DNA of 64,000 bases from NCBI GenBank assembly GCA_963594655.1, contig CAVBFD010000006.1, positions 1 through 64,000 of the forward strand, written 5' to 3'. This stretch comes from Candidatus Methanomethylophilaceae archaeon. GTDB taxonomy: Bacteria; Bacteroidota; Bacteroidia; Bacteroidales; Bacteroidaceae. Below are positions 1 to 9,350 of this stretch, in pieces. Made by a program: the position numbers and the translations under genes. The first letter of the stretch is position 1, and the number at the start of each line of letters is the position of its first letter. The notes beneath the pieces were generated by a model. It made no database searches. It was not told the origin of the DNA and was given only the letters and a program-made list of their open reading frames with translations.

Positions 1-165
1 ACAGCCCCAACTCCATAGCCTCATGACATGAGGCTGCATGACGTTCGGGTGTTTTGCTTTGTTTTTTTTAATAACCCGTGGTTAGAATTTAGAAATAGGC
101 AATCTAAATGGCTTCAAAACTTAAAATCCACTTGTGTAAAAATGTGCGAAACGGCTCTATTCTGC

Positions 166-310
166 TAACTTTTTGACAAAATACGCCAAGACCCCCTACA
201 GATACCTACAAGCACGTTCAAAACCACCCATTTTTTCACTCGAGTGAATTGATCAAAACACTCGAGTGAATCGATCAATTCACTCGAGTGAAATGGCATC
301 GCCACTCGAG
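166..310 (+). repeat. Repeat element copy A: conserved TAACTTTTTGACAAA box (166-180) then four CTCGAG-centred palindromes (TCACTCGAGTGA) at exact 22-bp spacing (CTCGAG at 239,261,283,305), spacers TTGATCAA/ATCGATCAA also palindromic
   Basis: Direct reading of sequence; near-identical copy at 47407-47520; no ORF support. Confidence 0.8.
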
Positions 311-632
311 ACCCATTTTCGGCCTTTTTCGGCGTTTTGCCAAAATGTAAGCAAATCGCAGGAATATGCCGATTTTACAGAAAAGGCAGCAAGTGCGCAG
401 CGTTAACAAAACCGATGTTAATCCATTAAGACATTCGGGATAATGTAGCGGCAATGAAGGTATAAACGACGACAATCAGTTGGTGTAAAAGAAAGACATG
501 TGCTACCCGAGGGAGGCTCTCGACCCGAGTGGTATCCAAGCTAAGGTTCGCTGAACTGTTACAAAGGCTTTTAGAGCTGCTAAATAAATATAAATAAGCC
601 ATTGGGTACTATGTAGTCTGAAATTTGTTTTG

Positions 633-640
633 TAACTTTG
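633..640 (+). promoter_or_regulatory. Candidate Bacteroidota -7 promoter element TAACTTTG ~100 bp upstream of first methyltransferase gene
   Basis: Matches TAnnTTTG consensus; position relative to ATG at 739. Confidence 0.3.
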
Positions 641-738
641 TGATGAATTTGCGACTTGACACGCACATGACAAACAACGCATCAAACAATCAGAAAGTAA
701 ACTTGCTTAACAGGAACGTACAAACAAAATGAGATAAA

Positions 739-1779
739 ATGGCAAAGGGGAAACATACTGTATTGGACTTGTTTTGCGGGTGTGGTGGAATGTCTCTCGG
801 CTTTGAAAGAACCGGCTATGACGTGCTACTTGGCATTGATATTTGGAAAGATGCGCTGGAGACCTACAAATACAATCATCAAGATGTTCTGACATTGCAA
901 GCGGACATGTCAACTCTGAAAGGAGAGGACGTGGAATTGTTGACAGGAGCTTCTGGAGTAGACGTAATAATAGGCGGTCCGCCTTGTCAGGGATTCTCTG
1001 TTGCAGGCAAGCGTATCGTTGATGACGAGAGAAACAAGTTATATAAGGGATTTGTCCGAATGGTGTCATATTTCAAACCACTTGCTTTCGTCATGGAGAA
1101 TGTCCCAAACATCTTGTCTATCGGGAACGGTATGGTGAGGGATTCCATTGTCAGGGATTTCTCCGAACTGGGCTATAACGTGAATGTTCAGGTGATGCTG
1201 GCCTCCGATTATGGTGTGCCTCAAAACCGAAGGAGGGCGGTCTTTGTAGGTTTGGCAAATGGAAAAAACTTCGTTTTCCCAAAGCCAAATGTGACCGAAA
1301 AGGTCACTTCCGAGGAAGCGTTGAGCGACTTGCCGGAATACTCCATAGAAGAAGGCGGAGACTATGTATGCCAACCCCAAAGCGCATATCAAAAACAGAT
1401 GAGGGAGAATTGTACGAAGTTATTCAATCATGAAACAACCATCCATAACGAAAAGACTAAGCGGATTATTTCATTAGTTCCTGATGGAGGAAACTACAAG
1501 GACTTGCCAAAAGACTTACAAGAGACAAGAAAGGTTCATATAGCGTGGACTCGTCTGAACAGCCAAAAACCCAGTTTCACTATAGATTGCGGTCACAACC
1601 ATCACTTCCACTATAAATACAATCGAGTTCCAACAGTCCGTGAATCGGCGCGCATCCAATCATTCCCCGATGATTTTTTATTTTTAGGGAACAAAGGAAG
1701 TCAACTCAAACAAGTGGGTAATGCGGTTCCACCATTGTTGGCCGCTGCCATATCCTCTGAATTATTAAAATACTTATAA
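739..1779 (+). CDS. DNA (cytosine-5)-methyltransferase, first of two (M1)
   Basis: C5-MTase motifs: I FCGCGGMSLGF, IV GGPPCQGFS, VI ENV, VIII QNRRR, X GNAVPP; 346 aa; ATG start. Confidence 0.9.
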   Translation: MAKGKHTVLDLFCGCGGMSLGFERTGYDVLLGIDIWKDALETYKYNHQDVLTLQADMSTLKGEDVELLTGASGVDVIIGGPPCQGFSVAGKRIVDDERNKLYKGFVRMVSYFKPLAFVMENVPNILSIGNGMVRDSIVRDFSELGYNVNVQVMLASDYGVPQNRRRAVFVGLANGKNFVFPKPNVTEKVTSEEALSDLPEYSIEEGGDYVCQPQSAYQKQMRENCTKLFNHETTIHNEKTKRIISLVPDGGNYKDLPKDLQETRKVHIAWTRLNSQKPSFTIDCGHNHHFHYKYNRVPTVRESARIQSFPDDFLFLGNKGSQLKQVGNAVPPLLAAAISSELLKYL

Positions 1780-1782
1780 GCC

Positions 1783-3198
1783 ATGTATAATCCCGAAAAT
1801 CAATACAGATGTACTATCATAAGGGGTAAGAGTCAGTCTGATATGGAAGACCTGCTGCCACTTTATGCCAACATCGTACACAAATACTGCCCATGTGAAG
1901 AGCAGATGTTTAAATCGAATGCAAGAAGACATATCTCCAAGGTTCTGTTTTCCACAGATGCATACGATACGTTAAGCGCATCCAACAAGAAAACAGTAGA
2001 CAATCATCTTACAGAAATAGCCGGAGCCTTGCTTGGACTTTATTATCCCAAGAAGGAAGGGGCGAATACAATCATTCACGAATCCCCTTCTTGCAAATAC
2101 CTCATAGACAACCAAGACTTTCCGACATTCTTCAAAAATTTGTGTCTGAACTTCCAATTTCCAAATGGGTCGAAGAAGATTCAATCGGTTCAAACCGACA
2201 TCGAGAAACATCTGAACATCAAACCATTCTGTTATATCGTCTCCTTGCTGTATTATGCACAAGAACAGAAGGACAAACTTCTGCTTACCAAACAAGAGAT
2301 TGGTTATTACGTCCTCAACAATCTGGATGTTTTGTGCGGCAACGCATCATGCAAGGAGGTATACGACCGTATCATGCTGGACAGGTCTAATAAAATCAAA
2401 CGTGACAAGTTGAGTGGTTCAAGAGATTGGCAACACATAAAAGAACAGTTCAATTTGTTGGAGCTTTCCAATATCATTGAGTGCGACAGTACCAACTTGT
2501 GGCTTAATCCGCACGAATCCAAGACCATCTCGTATTTTCTTCAACAATCAGGAAACATCACCTTCGACTGTTATAAGTATGATTTGTCCACAAAGGAAGG
2601 TCGGGAAGGCTTGATTGACGACTGGCGTGAATACAATGGCACATTCCACACAGAACTGCATGATGTTAAGACTCATTTTGACGCAAACATTATAATTGCC
2701 GACAGAGAAATACAGAAGGTTAAAGGAAGTGCCGTCAAATCAACGGTGGACTTAGGAGACGAGGGTGAAGCCTTGGTCTTCAGACTTGAACAAGAGCGTG
2801 TACGCAATTTCAAAGAACGATTGGTCAATAAAGTTCTACTATTGGGTAAGACTAAGGGATTGGGATACGACATATCCTCCATCGAGGCTGACGAAAACCC
2901 CGAGAAGCCGGAGTTCGCACGGTATATTGAAGTCAAGGCAACTAAAAGGATAACAAACCCTAACTTTGACAAGACCTGGAGGGACTCGCTGAATTTGACC
3001 GCAAGGGAATGGATTGCGGCAGAGCAGTATGGAGAATACTACAACATCTATAGAGTGTATTTCACCAAGAGCAACACGTTTGTAATCAGGATAAAGAACC
3101 CATACAAGAAGGCGACGGATGGGAAGATAGAAGTCTATCCGACCACTTATCAGATGAACTTCGACGCAAGTGTAATTGAGAAGAAATATGATGTATAA
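1783..3198 (+). CDS. Putative Type II (IIS-like) restriction endonuclease: ~330-aa uncharacterised N-terminal domain plus C-terminal PD-(D/E)XK nuclease motif (GYDISSIEAD...YIEVKATK)
   Basis: Sandwiched 3 bp after M1 stop and overlapping M2 start by 11 bp; D...EVK catalytic-like motif near C-terminus; AT-rich codon usage unlike flanks. Confidence 0.6.
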   Translation: MYNPENQYRCTIIRGKSQSDMEDLLPLYANIVHKYCPCEEQMFKSNARRHISKVLFSTDAYDTLSASNKKTVDNHLTEIAGALLGLYYPKKEGANTIIHESPSCKYLIDNQDFPTFFKNLCLNFQFPNGSKKIQSVQTDIEKHLNIKPFCYIVSLLYYAQEQKDKLLLTKQEIGYYVLNNLDVLCGNASCKEVYDRIMLDRSNKIKRDKLSGSRDWQHIKEQFNLLELSNIIECDSTNLWLNPHESKTISYFLQQSGNITFDCYKYDLSTKEGREGLIDDWREYNGTFHTELHDVKTHFDANIIIADREIQKVKGSAVKSTVDLGDEGEALVFRLEQERVRNFKERLVNKVLLLGKTKGLGYDISSIEADENPEKPEFARYIEVKATKRITNPNFDKTWRDSLNLTAREWIAAEQYGEYYNIYRVYFTKSNTFVIRIKNPYKKATDGKIEVYPTTYQMNFDASVIEKKYDV

Positions 3199-4210
3199 GG
3201 TTGCTTCATTATTTTGTGGCTGTGGTGGATCGGACCTGGGACTTCTAGGTGGTTTTAACTATCTGGGACAAGAGTATAGGAAACTGAACTTTGAAATTGT
3301 CTATGCCCTGGATTTTGACAAATGGGCGGTTGACACCTATAATAAGAATTTCGAGCATAAAGCCGATTGTGCGGACATCTGCACGGTAGACTTCGATTCA
3401 TTACCAGACGTTGATGTCATGATAGGAGGCTTCCCTTGTCAGTCATTCAGTACAGTTAATCCCACAAAAGACACAAACGACGACAGGGCCAACCTTTATA
3501 AACAGATTGTGCGCTTCCTAAAAATCAAGCGTCCTAAATTTTTCATCTGTGAAAATGTAAAAGGGCTTATGACCCTCCAAGGAGGTGCCATTATAAACAA
3601 GATTTTGGGAGAGTTCGGCTCTATGGGATACCGTGTGAAATACAAACTCATTAAAGCTGTGGAGTTTGGCATTCCACAACGAAGGGAGCGTGTAATAATA
3701 GTGGGTGTCAGGAATGACATTGATGTGACATACAAATATCCCTGTCCGACGCACAGTGCAAAGAATTATGTCCCACTAAAAGCCGTTATAGACAGACTGG
3801 ATACCGACAACCCGAAATATTACTTTTCGGAAAGGGCCGTGCAAGGGGTGAAGAATGCAAAGAACAATATGAAACGTGGTTTATGGCAAGACTTAAATCA
3901 ACCTTGCTTGACCATAACAGCCCATTTGGCAAAAACGAGCATGAACTCCCGTGACCCGATTCTTTTAGTCAATCCGGAAAAAGAGTTATATCGTAGGTTC
4001 ACGCCACGTGAGGCCGCCAGCATACAATCGTTTCCCGACACATTTCAACTCAATGACTCAGAAGCTAAGTCGTACAAGCAGATAGGGAACGCCATTCCTC
4101 CTGTCATGATGTGGCACATAGCCAAAGCTCTACAGACATCCATAACGGAAAGGGGACAAAGTAAAACCGTGGTGCGTCAATTGGGGCTTTTCACAACAGA
4201 AGAAGAATAG
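3188..4210 (+). CDS. DNA (cytosine-5)-methyltransferase, second (M2)
   Basis: Motifs I FCGCGGSDLG, IV GFPCQSFS, VI ENVKG, VIII QRRER, X GNAIPP; track ORF begins at TTG 3176, ATG at 3188 overlaps preceding stop (ATGATGTATAA). Confidence 0.9.
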   Translation: MMYKVASLFCGCGGSDLGLLGGFNYLGQEYRKLNFEIVYALDFDKWAVDTYNKNFEHKADCADICTVDFDSLPDVDVMIGGFPCQSFSTVNPTKDTNDDRANLYKQIVRFLKIKRPKFFICENVKGLMTLQGGAIINKILGEFGSMGYRVKYKLIKAVEFGIPQRRERVIIVGVRNDIDVTYKYPCPTHSAKNYVPLKAVIDRLDTDNPKYYFSERAVQGVKNAKNNMKRGLWQDLNQPCLTITAHLAKTSMNSRDPILLVNPEKELYRRFTPREAASIQSFPDTFQLNDSEAKSYKQIGNAIPPVMMWHIAKALQTSITERGQSKTVVRQLGLFTTEEE

Positions 4211-4256
4211 CCGGAATCATGACTAAAGTAAAGGCTGTCTGAGACATCCACACTTG

Positions 4257-7130
4257 TCACTCCGCTGGCTGCGGCGACAGGCTCCGCTTAACCAGTCGCC
4301 ACAGTTCACGTACCCAAAGCACGCAGGAAGACCCTACCATGATAATCACCCAGTCTTCGAGTTTCAGACCCACCACATTGAAGAAGTTCTGCAGTCCAGG
4401 CAGTTCAATCATCAAAATCTGTCCCACCAGTATTATAGCGGCAATGGACAGCAGACCGTAACTGCCGTCGAAGTGGAGCGCGCTACGGCCTGTATCGAAA
4501 GCACGGGCGCAGAACAGGTAGAAGAAATGGGTCATGACGAAGATGGTGAAGAGCAGAGTCAGTTCGTATGGGGACAGTCCGTCGGCGGCGCCTACACGCA
4601 CATGCAGCAGGTCTGTCAGCCTTGTGATGTCCGAATGTTCAAACACGTAAAGCAGCACGAGAAGCAGAGCGAAGAAGAAGCCGCCCACCCCGAGGATATT
4701 CACGTACATCGACTTACTGAGGATGAAGGCGTTACGGTCACGTGGCTTGTTCCTCATCACACTCTCTGACGGAGGCAGGGACGCGAGGGCCATTGCGGCA
4801 AAGGTGTCCATGATAAGGTTCACCCACAACATCTGAGTTACGGTAAGGGGACTTTCAGTACCCATGAACGCACCGGTAAGCACGATAAAGCAAGCCGCCA
4901 CGTTCACAGTCAACTGGAACAGGAGGAAACGCTGGATATTCTGGTAAAGCGAACGTCCCCACATCACAGCCTTTCCGATGCTGCTGAACGAGTTGTCCAC
5001 GATGGTGATGTCGGACGCCTCCTTGGCCACCGACGTGCCGTCGCCCATTGACAGTCCCACATTTGCCGCCTTCAGGGCAGGAGCGTCGTTGGTGCCGTCA
5101 CCGGTTACAGCCACCACCTGGTTCAACCGTTGCAGAGACTCCACGAGCCGTTTCTTGTCCATCGGACGGGCGCGGGCGATAATCTTCAAGTCAAGCACGC
5201 ACTGGTCGAGCTGGTCGTCGGTCAGTTCCGCAAACTCCGGTCCTGTAGTTATATTACGGTCTGTGTCCTTGTCCGTCCACAATCCAATCTGTCTGCCTAT
5301 CTCCTTGGCAGTACCGGTAGTGTCACCGGTAACAATCTTCACACTGATTCCGGCATCCATACATGCCTTGACCGCCGCCGGCACATCCGCACGCACTGGG
5401 TCGCTGATTGCCACAACACCACCGAACGTGAGGTTGTCCGCCACGACCTTGCCGTCCACTATGGTACGGTCGTTCTCCCCGAGAACCTGACAGGCGAAAC
5501 CGAGTGTGCGCATCGCCTGACCCTGGTACTCCAGCAACTGCTTCTCTATATCCGGTTTGTTGACATCCCCCTCTATCTGACGGCACAGCGACATCACAAT
5601 CTCCGGCGCGCCCTTGACATACAGTATCTTCTTGCCACTCAACAAAGCCGAGTTTACTACGGTAGCCATGTACTTGCGTTCAGTGGAGAACGGCAGTTCC
5701 TCGACAACAGTGACATTCTCCCTAAGACGGGCATAGTCAACCCCGTTCTTCTCCAACCACAGCAACAGCGCGCCCTCTGTAGGGTTACCGATAACCTTTG
5801 TGGCCTTACTGTCGGAATGGTCGAGCGAGGCTGTGGAGTTCACGGCTATACCCTCCTCCAACAGTTTACCCTTGTCACTTCCGTCCAGTTCATTGCCCTG
5901 AAGACCGTAGAACCGGGTGTCATGCACACGCATCTGGTTCTGAGTCAGAGTACCGGTCTTGTCGGTACATATGATGGTAGTAGCGCCCATAGTCTCACAG
6001 GCATGCATCTTGCGCACGAGGTTATTGGTCTTCAGCATCCTCTGCATACTGTAGGCAAGACTCAGCGTGACCGCCATAGGCAAACCCTCAGGTACAGCCA
6101 CCACCAGTAGGGTCACAGCTATCATCAGTGTCTTGAGAGTATAGGCTACAAGGTCAGCCACCTGGTGGTCGGGTGTCAGGGTGTTGAAGAAATATGCCAC
6201 CATTCCCATCAGTACCGCAAAATAAGCGACTATGGACAAGGTAACGGCCTGCCACTTCCAGTCCTTGAATTTCCTCGTCACGAGATAGAAGAACAGGAAC
6301 GTCGGGACAATCAGGGTCAGGACCAGAGGCGACCAGTTGAAATAAACCATGAACTTACCCACGATTATCAACGCCGCGAAGACGTAGCTCATCTTGGTTA
6401 TGAGTCGCGCCAAGTCCTCGAGCTGGTCATTCAACGGGGTGCGCACACTGTCGTCAATCCGCGCCGCCTCGAACACCTTACCGTTCTCCGTCTTGTCGCC
6501 AACCACGTCAACCCTGAACACACCGTGGCCTTCCATCACCTTCGTGCCACGCAGCACCACATTGACAGGATATGTGGCGTCCTTCTCCGACCCGTCGTCG
6601 GTCGCCGACTTCCTGCGCGGCTCCGACTCGCCGGTGAGAGACGACTCGTCCACCTGCAGACTCACCGCCTCGAGTACCGTTCCGTCCGCAGGTATCTCCG
6701 ACCCGGTAGTCAACAGAACGATGTCGCCCACTACAATATCCTTCTTAGGCACTGTCGTGGCGCCTCCGCCGCGTATCACCTCCACAGGCTCGTCGTCGTT
6801 CACCTGATTGAGTATGGCGAACTCCTTGTCAGCCTTGAGCTCAAACATGAAGGCTATGCCCGTAGCGAGGAATATCGCCACAAAGATGCCAATCGGTTCA
6901 AAGAATGTCTCCCAACCCGCACCAAGACAACTGTATTCATACACGGCAATTCCCACTGACAGGAAACCGGCGATAAGCAAGATGATGATAAGCGGGTCGG
7001 AGAACTTCCGCATGAACTGTTTCCATAGGGGTTCCTTCTCCGGCGGTGTAAGTATATTCACTCCGTTTCGTTTTCTACTCTCTGACACCTCTGCATCTGT
7101 CAGACCTGTGTAATGACGTTTCTGTTCCAT
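4257..7130 (-). CDS. Cation-transporting P-type ATPase, PMCA/Ca2+-type
   Basis: DKTGTLT phosphorylation motif, TGES, TGDGTNDAPALK, 957 aa with 10 predicted TM-like hydrophobic stretches. Confidence 0.85.
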   Translation of the reverse strand: MEQKRHYTGLTDAEVSESRKRNGVNILTPPEKEPLWKQFMRKFSDPLIIILLIAGFLSVGIAVYEYSCLGAGWETFFEPIGIFVAIFLATGIAFMFELKADKEFAILNQVNDDEPVEVIRGGGATTVPKKDIVVGDIVLLTTGSEIPADGTVLEAVSLQVDESSLTGESEPRRKSATDDGSEKDATYPVNVVLRGTKVMEGHGVFRVDVVGDKTENGKVFEAARIDDSVRTPLNDQLEDLARLITKMSYVFAALIIVGKFMVYFNWSPLVLTLIVPTFLFFYLVTRKFKDWKWQAVTLSIVAYFAVLMGMVAYFFNTLTPDHQVADLVAYTLKTLMIAVTLLVVAVPEGLPMAVTLSLAYSMQRMLKTNNLVRKMHACETMGATTIICTDKTGTLTQNQMRVHDTRFYGLQGNELDGSDKGKLLEEGIAVNSTASLDHSDSKATKVIGNPTEGALLLWLEKNGVDYARLRENVTVVEELPFSTERKYMATVVNSALLSGKKILYVKGAPEIVMSLCRQIEGDVNKPDIEKQLLEYQGQAMRTLGFACQVLGENDRTIVDGKVVADNLTFGGVVAISDPVRADVPAAVKACMDAGISVKIVTGDTTGTAKEIGRQIGLWTDKDTDRNITTGPEFAELTDDQLDQCVLDLKIIARARPMDKKRLVESLQRLNQVVAVTGDGTNDAPALKAANVGLSMGDGTSVAKEASDITIVDNSFSSIGKAVMWGRSLYQNIQRFLLFQLTVNVAACFIVLTGAFMGTESPLTVTQMLWVNLIMDTFAAMALASLPPSESVMRNKPRDRNAFILSKSMYVNILGVGGFFFALLLVLLYVFEHSDITRLTDLLHVRVGAADGLSPYELTLLFTIFVMTHFFYLFCARAFDTGRSALHFDGSYGLLSIAAIILVGQILMIELPGLQNFFNVVGLKLEDWVIIMVGSSCVLWVRELWRLVKRSLSPQPAE

Positions 7131-7149
7131 ATTATATTAATAATGTGTG

Positions 7150-7157
7150 CAAAGGTA
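7150..7157 (-). promoter_or_regulatory. TACCTTTG -7 promoter element for P-type ATPase gene
   Basis: Exact TAnnTTTG match 20 nt upstream of ATG at 7130 on minus strand. Confidence 0.4.
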
Positions 7158-7315
7158 TGCATTAAGGCACGTATCCATGTATGGACTTCCGCTATTTAAC
7201 CATTATTTAACCCACCAGGAATCCAAAGTCTTCAAAAAAGCGCACAAACGAGTGCATACTAAGGCAATTATACGTAAATTTGCACGTTGAATCACAGACA
7301 CAACCGATAGACCGT

Positions 7316-8644
7316 ATGCAAAACGAACCGAACAACACAATACAGACATCCACCGCCAAAGGACTGTTGGCCTTGTCCCCACTGATGCTGTTCCTGTGCC
7401 TTTACCTGGTGACGAGCGTCATTGTGGGCGATTTCTATAAAGTGCCGATAACCGTGGCGTTCCTCATTTCCTCCATCTATGCCGTGGCGATAACCAAAGG
7501 ACCGGTAAGCGACCGTGTGGAGGTGTTCTCAAAAAGTGCCGGGAGCAAGAACATGATGCTGATGATATGGATATTCATCCTGGCGGGGGCGTTTGCGGCG
7601 TCAGCCAAGAGCATGGGAGCGGTGGACGCTACAGTGAACCTGACCCTCACCCTACTGCCCCACTCCCTCATACTGGCCGGCATCTTCCTTGCCGCCTGTT
7701 TCATATCACTGTCCATAGGCACGTCCGTCGGCACTATAGCGGCACTGACACCAGTGGCTGTGGGCATAGCCGACCAGGCGGCCATCGATGTGCCGTTCGT
7801 GGTGGGCATCATCGTGGGCGGAGCCTTCTTCGGCGACAACCTGTCCTTCATCAGTGACACCACCATAGTGGCTACGCAGACACAGCGGTGCAAGATGAAC
7901 GAGAAGTTCAAGGTCAACTCCGGCATCGTCATTCCGGTAGCCCTGGTGATACTGGTGGCTTACGGAGTGATGGGACAGGGGTTGTCGGCGCCGGCGCATA
8001 TCGGCGAGATTGACCTCCTGAAGGTGATACCCTACATCGCAGTGATAGTGACGGCAGTGTGCGGCATGAACGTGTTGCTGGTGCTTGTCCTCGGCATCAT
8101 CCTCTCCGGCGTCATCGGTATGGCGGAGGGACAGTACGACCTGTTCGGATGGCTCGGCAGTATGGCTGACGGCATGATGGGCATGAGCGAACTGATTATC
8201 ATGACCCTGCTCGCAGGAGGAATGCTTGCCATGATACAGCACAACGGCGGTATCGACTTCATCATCTCGAAACTCACAGCCGGAATCAACGGCAAGCGTG
8301 GAGCGGAGTACTGCATCGCGGCACTGGTGTGCCTCGTGAACATATGTACCGCCAACAACACTGTGGCGATACTGACCACAGGCGACATAGCACACGAGAT
8401 ATCCACACGCTTCGGGATAGACAACAGGAAAACGGCAAGCATACTCGACACCATGTCGTGCTTCACCCAAGGACTGCTGCCCTACGGGGCGCAGATTCTG
8501 ATTGCCACAGGACTTGCCAACGAGGCGGTGAACGCCGGCAGAATCACACCTGTGGACATCCTACAGCACATCTACTATCCCATGGCACTGGGAGTGGCTG
8601 TAGTCCTGTGCATCTGTCTCCGTTATCCGGGGAAATACTCGTGA
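7316..8644 (+). CDS. nhaC: Na+/H+ antiporter NhaC-family membrane protein
   Basis: Polytopic membrane protein ~440 aa with NhaC-like composition; track ORF starts at TTG 7280, first ATG at 7316 (MQNEPNN); TAAATTTG promoter motif at 7275-7282. Confidence 0.55.
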   Translation: MQNEPNNTIQTSTAKGLLALSPLMLFLCLYLVTSVIVGDFYKVPITVAFLISSIYAVAITKGPVSDRVEVFSKSAGSKNMMLMIWIFILAGAFAASAKSMGAVDATVNLTLTLLPHSLILAGIFLAACFISLSIGTSVGTIAALTPVAVGIADQAAIDVPFVVGIIVGGAFFGDNLSFISDTTIVATQTQRCKMNEKFKVNSGIVIPVALVILVAYGVMGQGLSAPAHIGEIDLLKVIPYIAVIVTAVCGMNVLLVLVLGIILSGVIGMAEGQYDLFGWLGSMADGMMGMSELIIMTLLAGGMLAMIQHNGGIDFIISKLTAGINGKRGAEYCIAALVCLVNICTANNTVAILTTGDIAHEISTRFGIDNRKTASILDTMSCFTQGLLPYGAQILIATGLANEAVNAGRITPVDILQHIYYPMALGVAVVLCICLRYPGKYS

Positions 8645-8766
8645 AGTAGACCGATTCGTATCTCCAAACGAATAAAAACTTAATTTTTCGGAGTCAATCT
8701 CCTGACTTACCGCCACAAGCCACAAGTTTTTGCGGACTGAGACTTGTGCGCCTACATTTATTTCCT

Positions 8767-8774
8767 TAACTTTG
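8767..8774 (+). promoter_or_regulatory. TAACTTTG -7 promoter element immediately upstream of RNase P RNA
   Basis: TAnnTTTG match ~7 nt before predicted P1 5' strand. Confidence 0.5.
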
Positions 8775-8775
8775 C

Positions 8776-9158
8776 AAGCAGAAAGCAGTCGGACGGTCTG
8801 TCGCTGCCTGTTCCACACGGGACCGGCAGAGGAAAGTCCGGGCAGCGCAGGGCATTCCACTTCCTAATGTAGAAGCAATCCGCGAGGGTTGAGTAACGCA
8901 GAAGAAAACAACCGCCCGCAAGGGTAAGGGTGAGAAGGTGGGGCAAGAGCCCACCAGCGGTATGGAGACATCACCGGCTGTGCGTCTTGGATGCTGCAAG
9001 TTCATGTATAGTAGCGCTTGAGGGTTGCCCGCCCGAGCTACAGGGTAGAACGCGAACCGCAAGGTTGAGTCGTACGGCGACGTCCGACCAAGATAAATGA
9101 CAGACGGCAGGTCGCAAGACCGGCTACAGAACCCGGCTTACAGGCTGACTGCTTTCCT
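8776..9158 (+). ncRNA. rnpB: RNase P RNA, bacterial type A
   Basis: Universally conserved blocks GAGGAAAGUCCGGGC (8817-8831 region), AGGGUAAGGGUGAGAAGGUGGGGCAAGAGCCCACC, ACAGAACCCGGCUUA near 3' end; P1 pairing between 8781-8790 (GAAAGCAGUC) and 9147-9156; T-run after; no ORF. Confidence 0.85.
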
Positions 9159-9350
9159 TTTTATGTTAAACAAGACACGAACAATTTTTTCAAACATAAA
9201 CACAGCAAGCAAGCTACTGTTAATAATTCGAGTATTCCACATTCGGCGATTAAACGCAAGTGGCCGTAGTGTGTCACAGAAGAGTCTGTACGCCTTTTAT
9301 GGCGGCATGACGGTTCAATCAGAAAAGACAAACACATTGTACAACTCAAT

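Noticed and set aside
275-685. Two short minus-strand ORFs (66 and 60 aa) in the R-M upstream region as candidate C-protein/regulator
   Set aside because: They have no helix-turn-helix pattern, are Cys/Leu-rich low-complexity, and overlap the palindromic array. They are likely non-coding.
1-738. Possibility that the 738-bp ORF-free leader encodes tmRNA, 6S or SRP RNA
   Set aside because: I found no tmRNA tag reading frame (…YALAA*), no tRNA-like acceptor/T-arm ends and no SRP RNA GGAAGCAG-type core. Only the palindromic array and an AT-rich spacer stand out.
4254-6959. Long plus-strand ORFs (4254-4769, 5130-6110, 6165-6959) antisense to the P-type ATPase
   Set aside because: They lie inside a gene with unmistakable P-type ATPase motifs on the other strand. 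GC-rich coding DNA commonly gives long spurious antisense ORFs, and they have no recognisable motifs.
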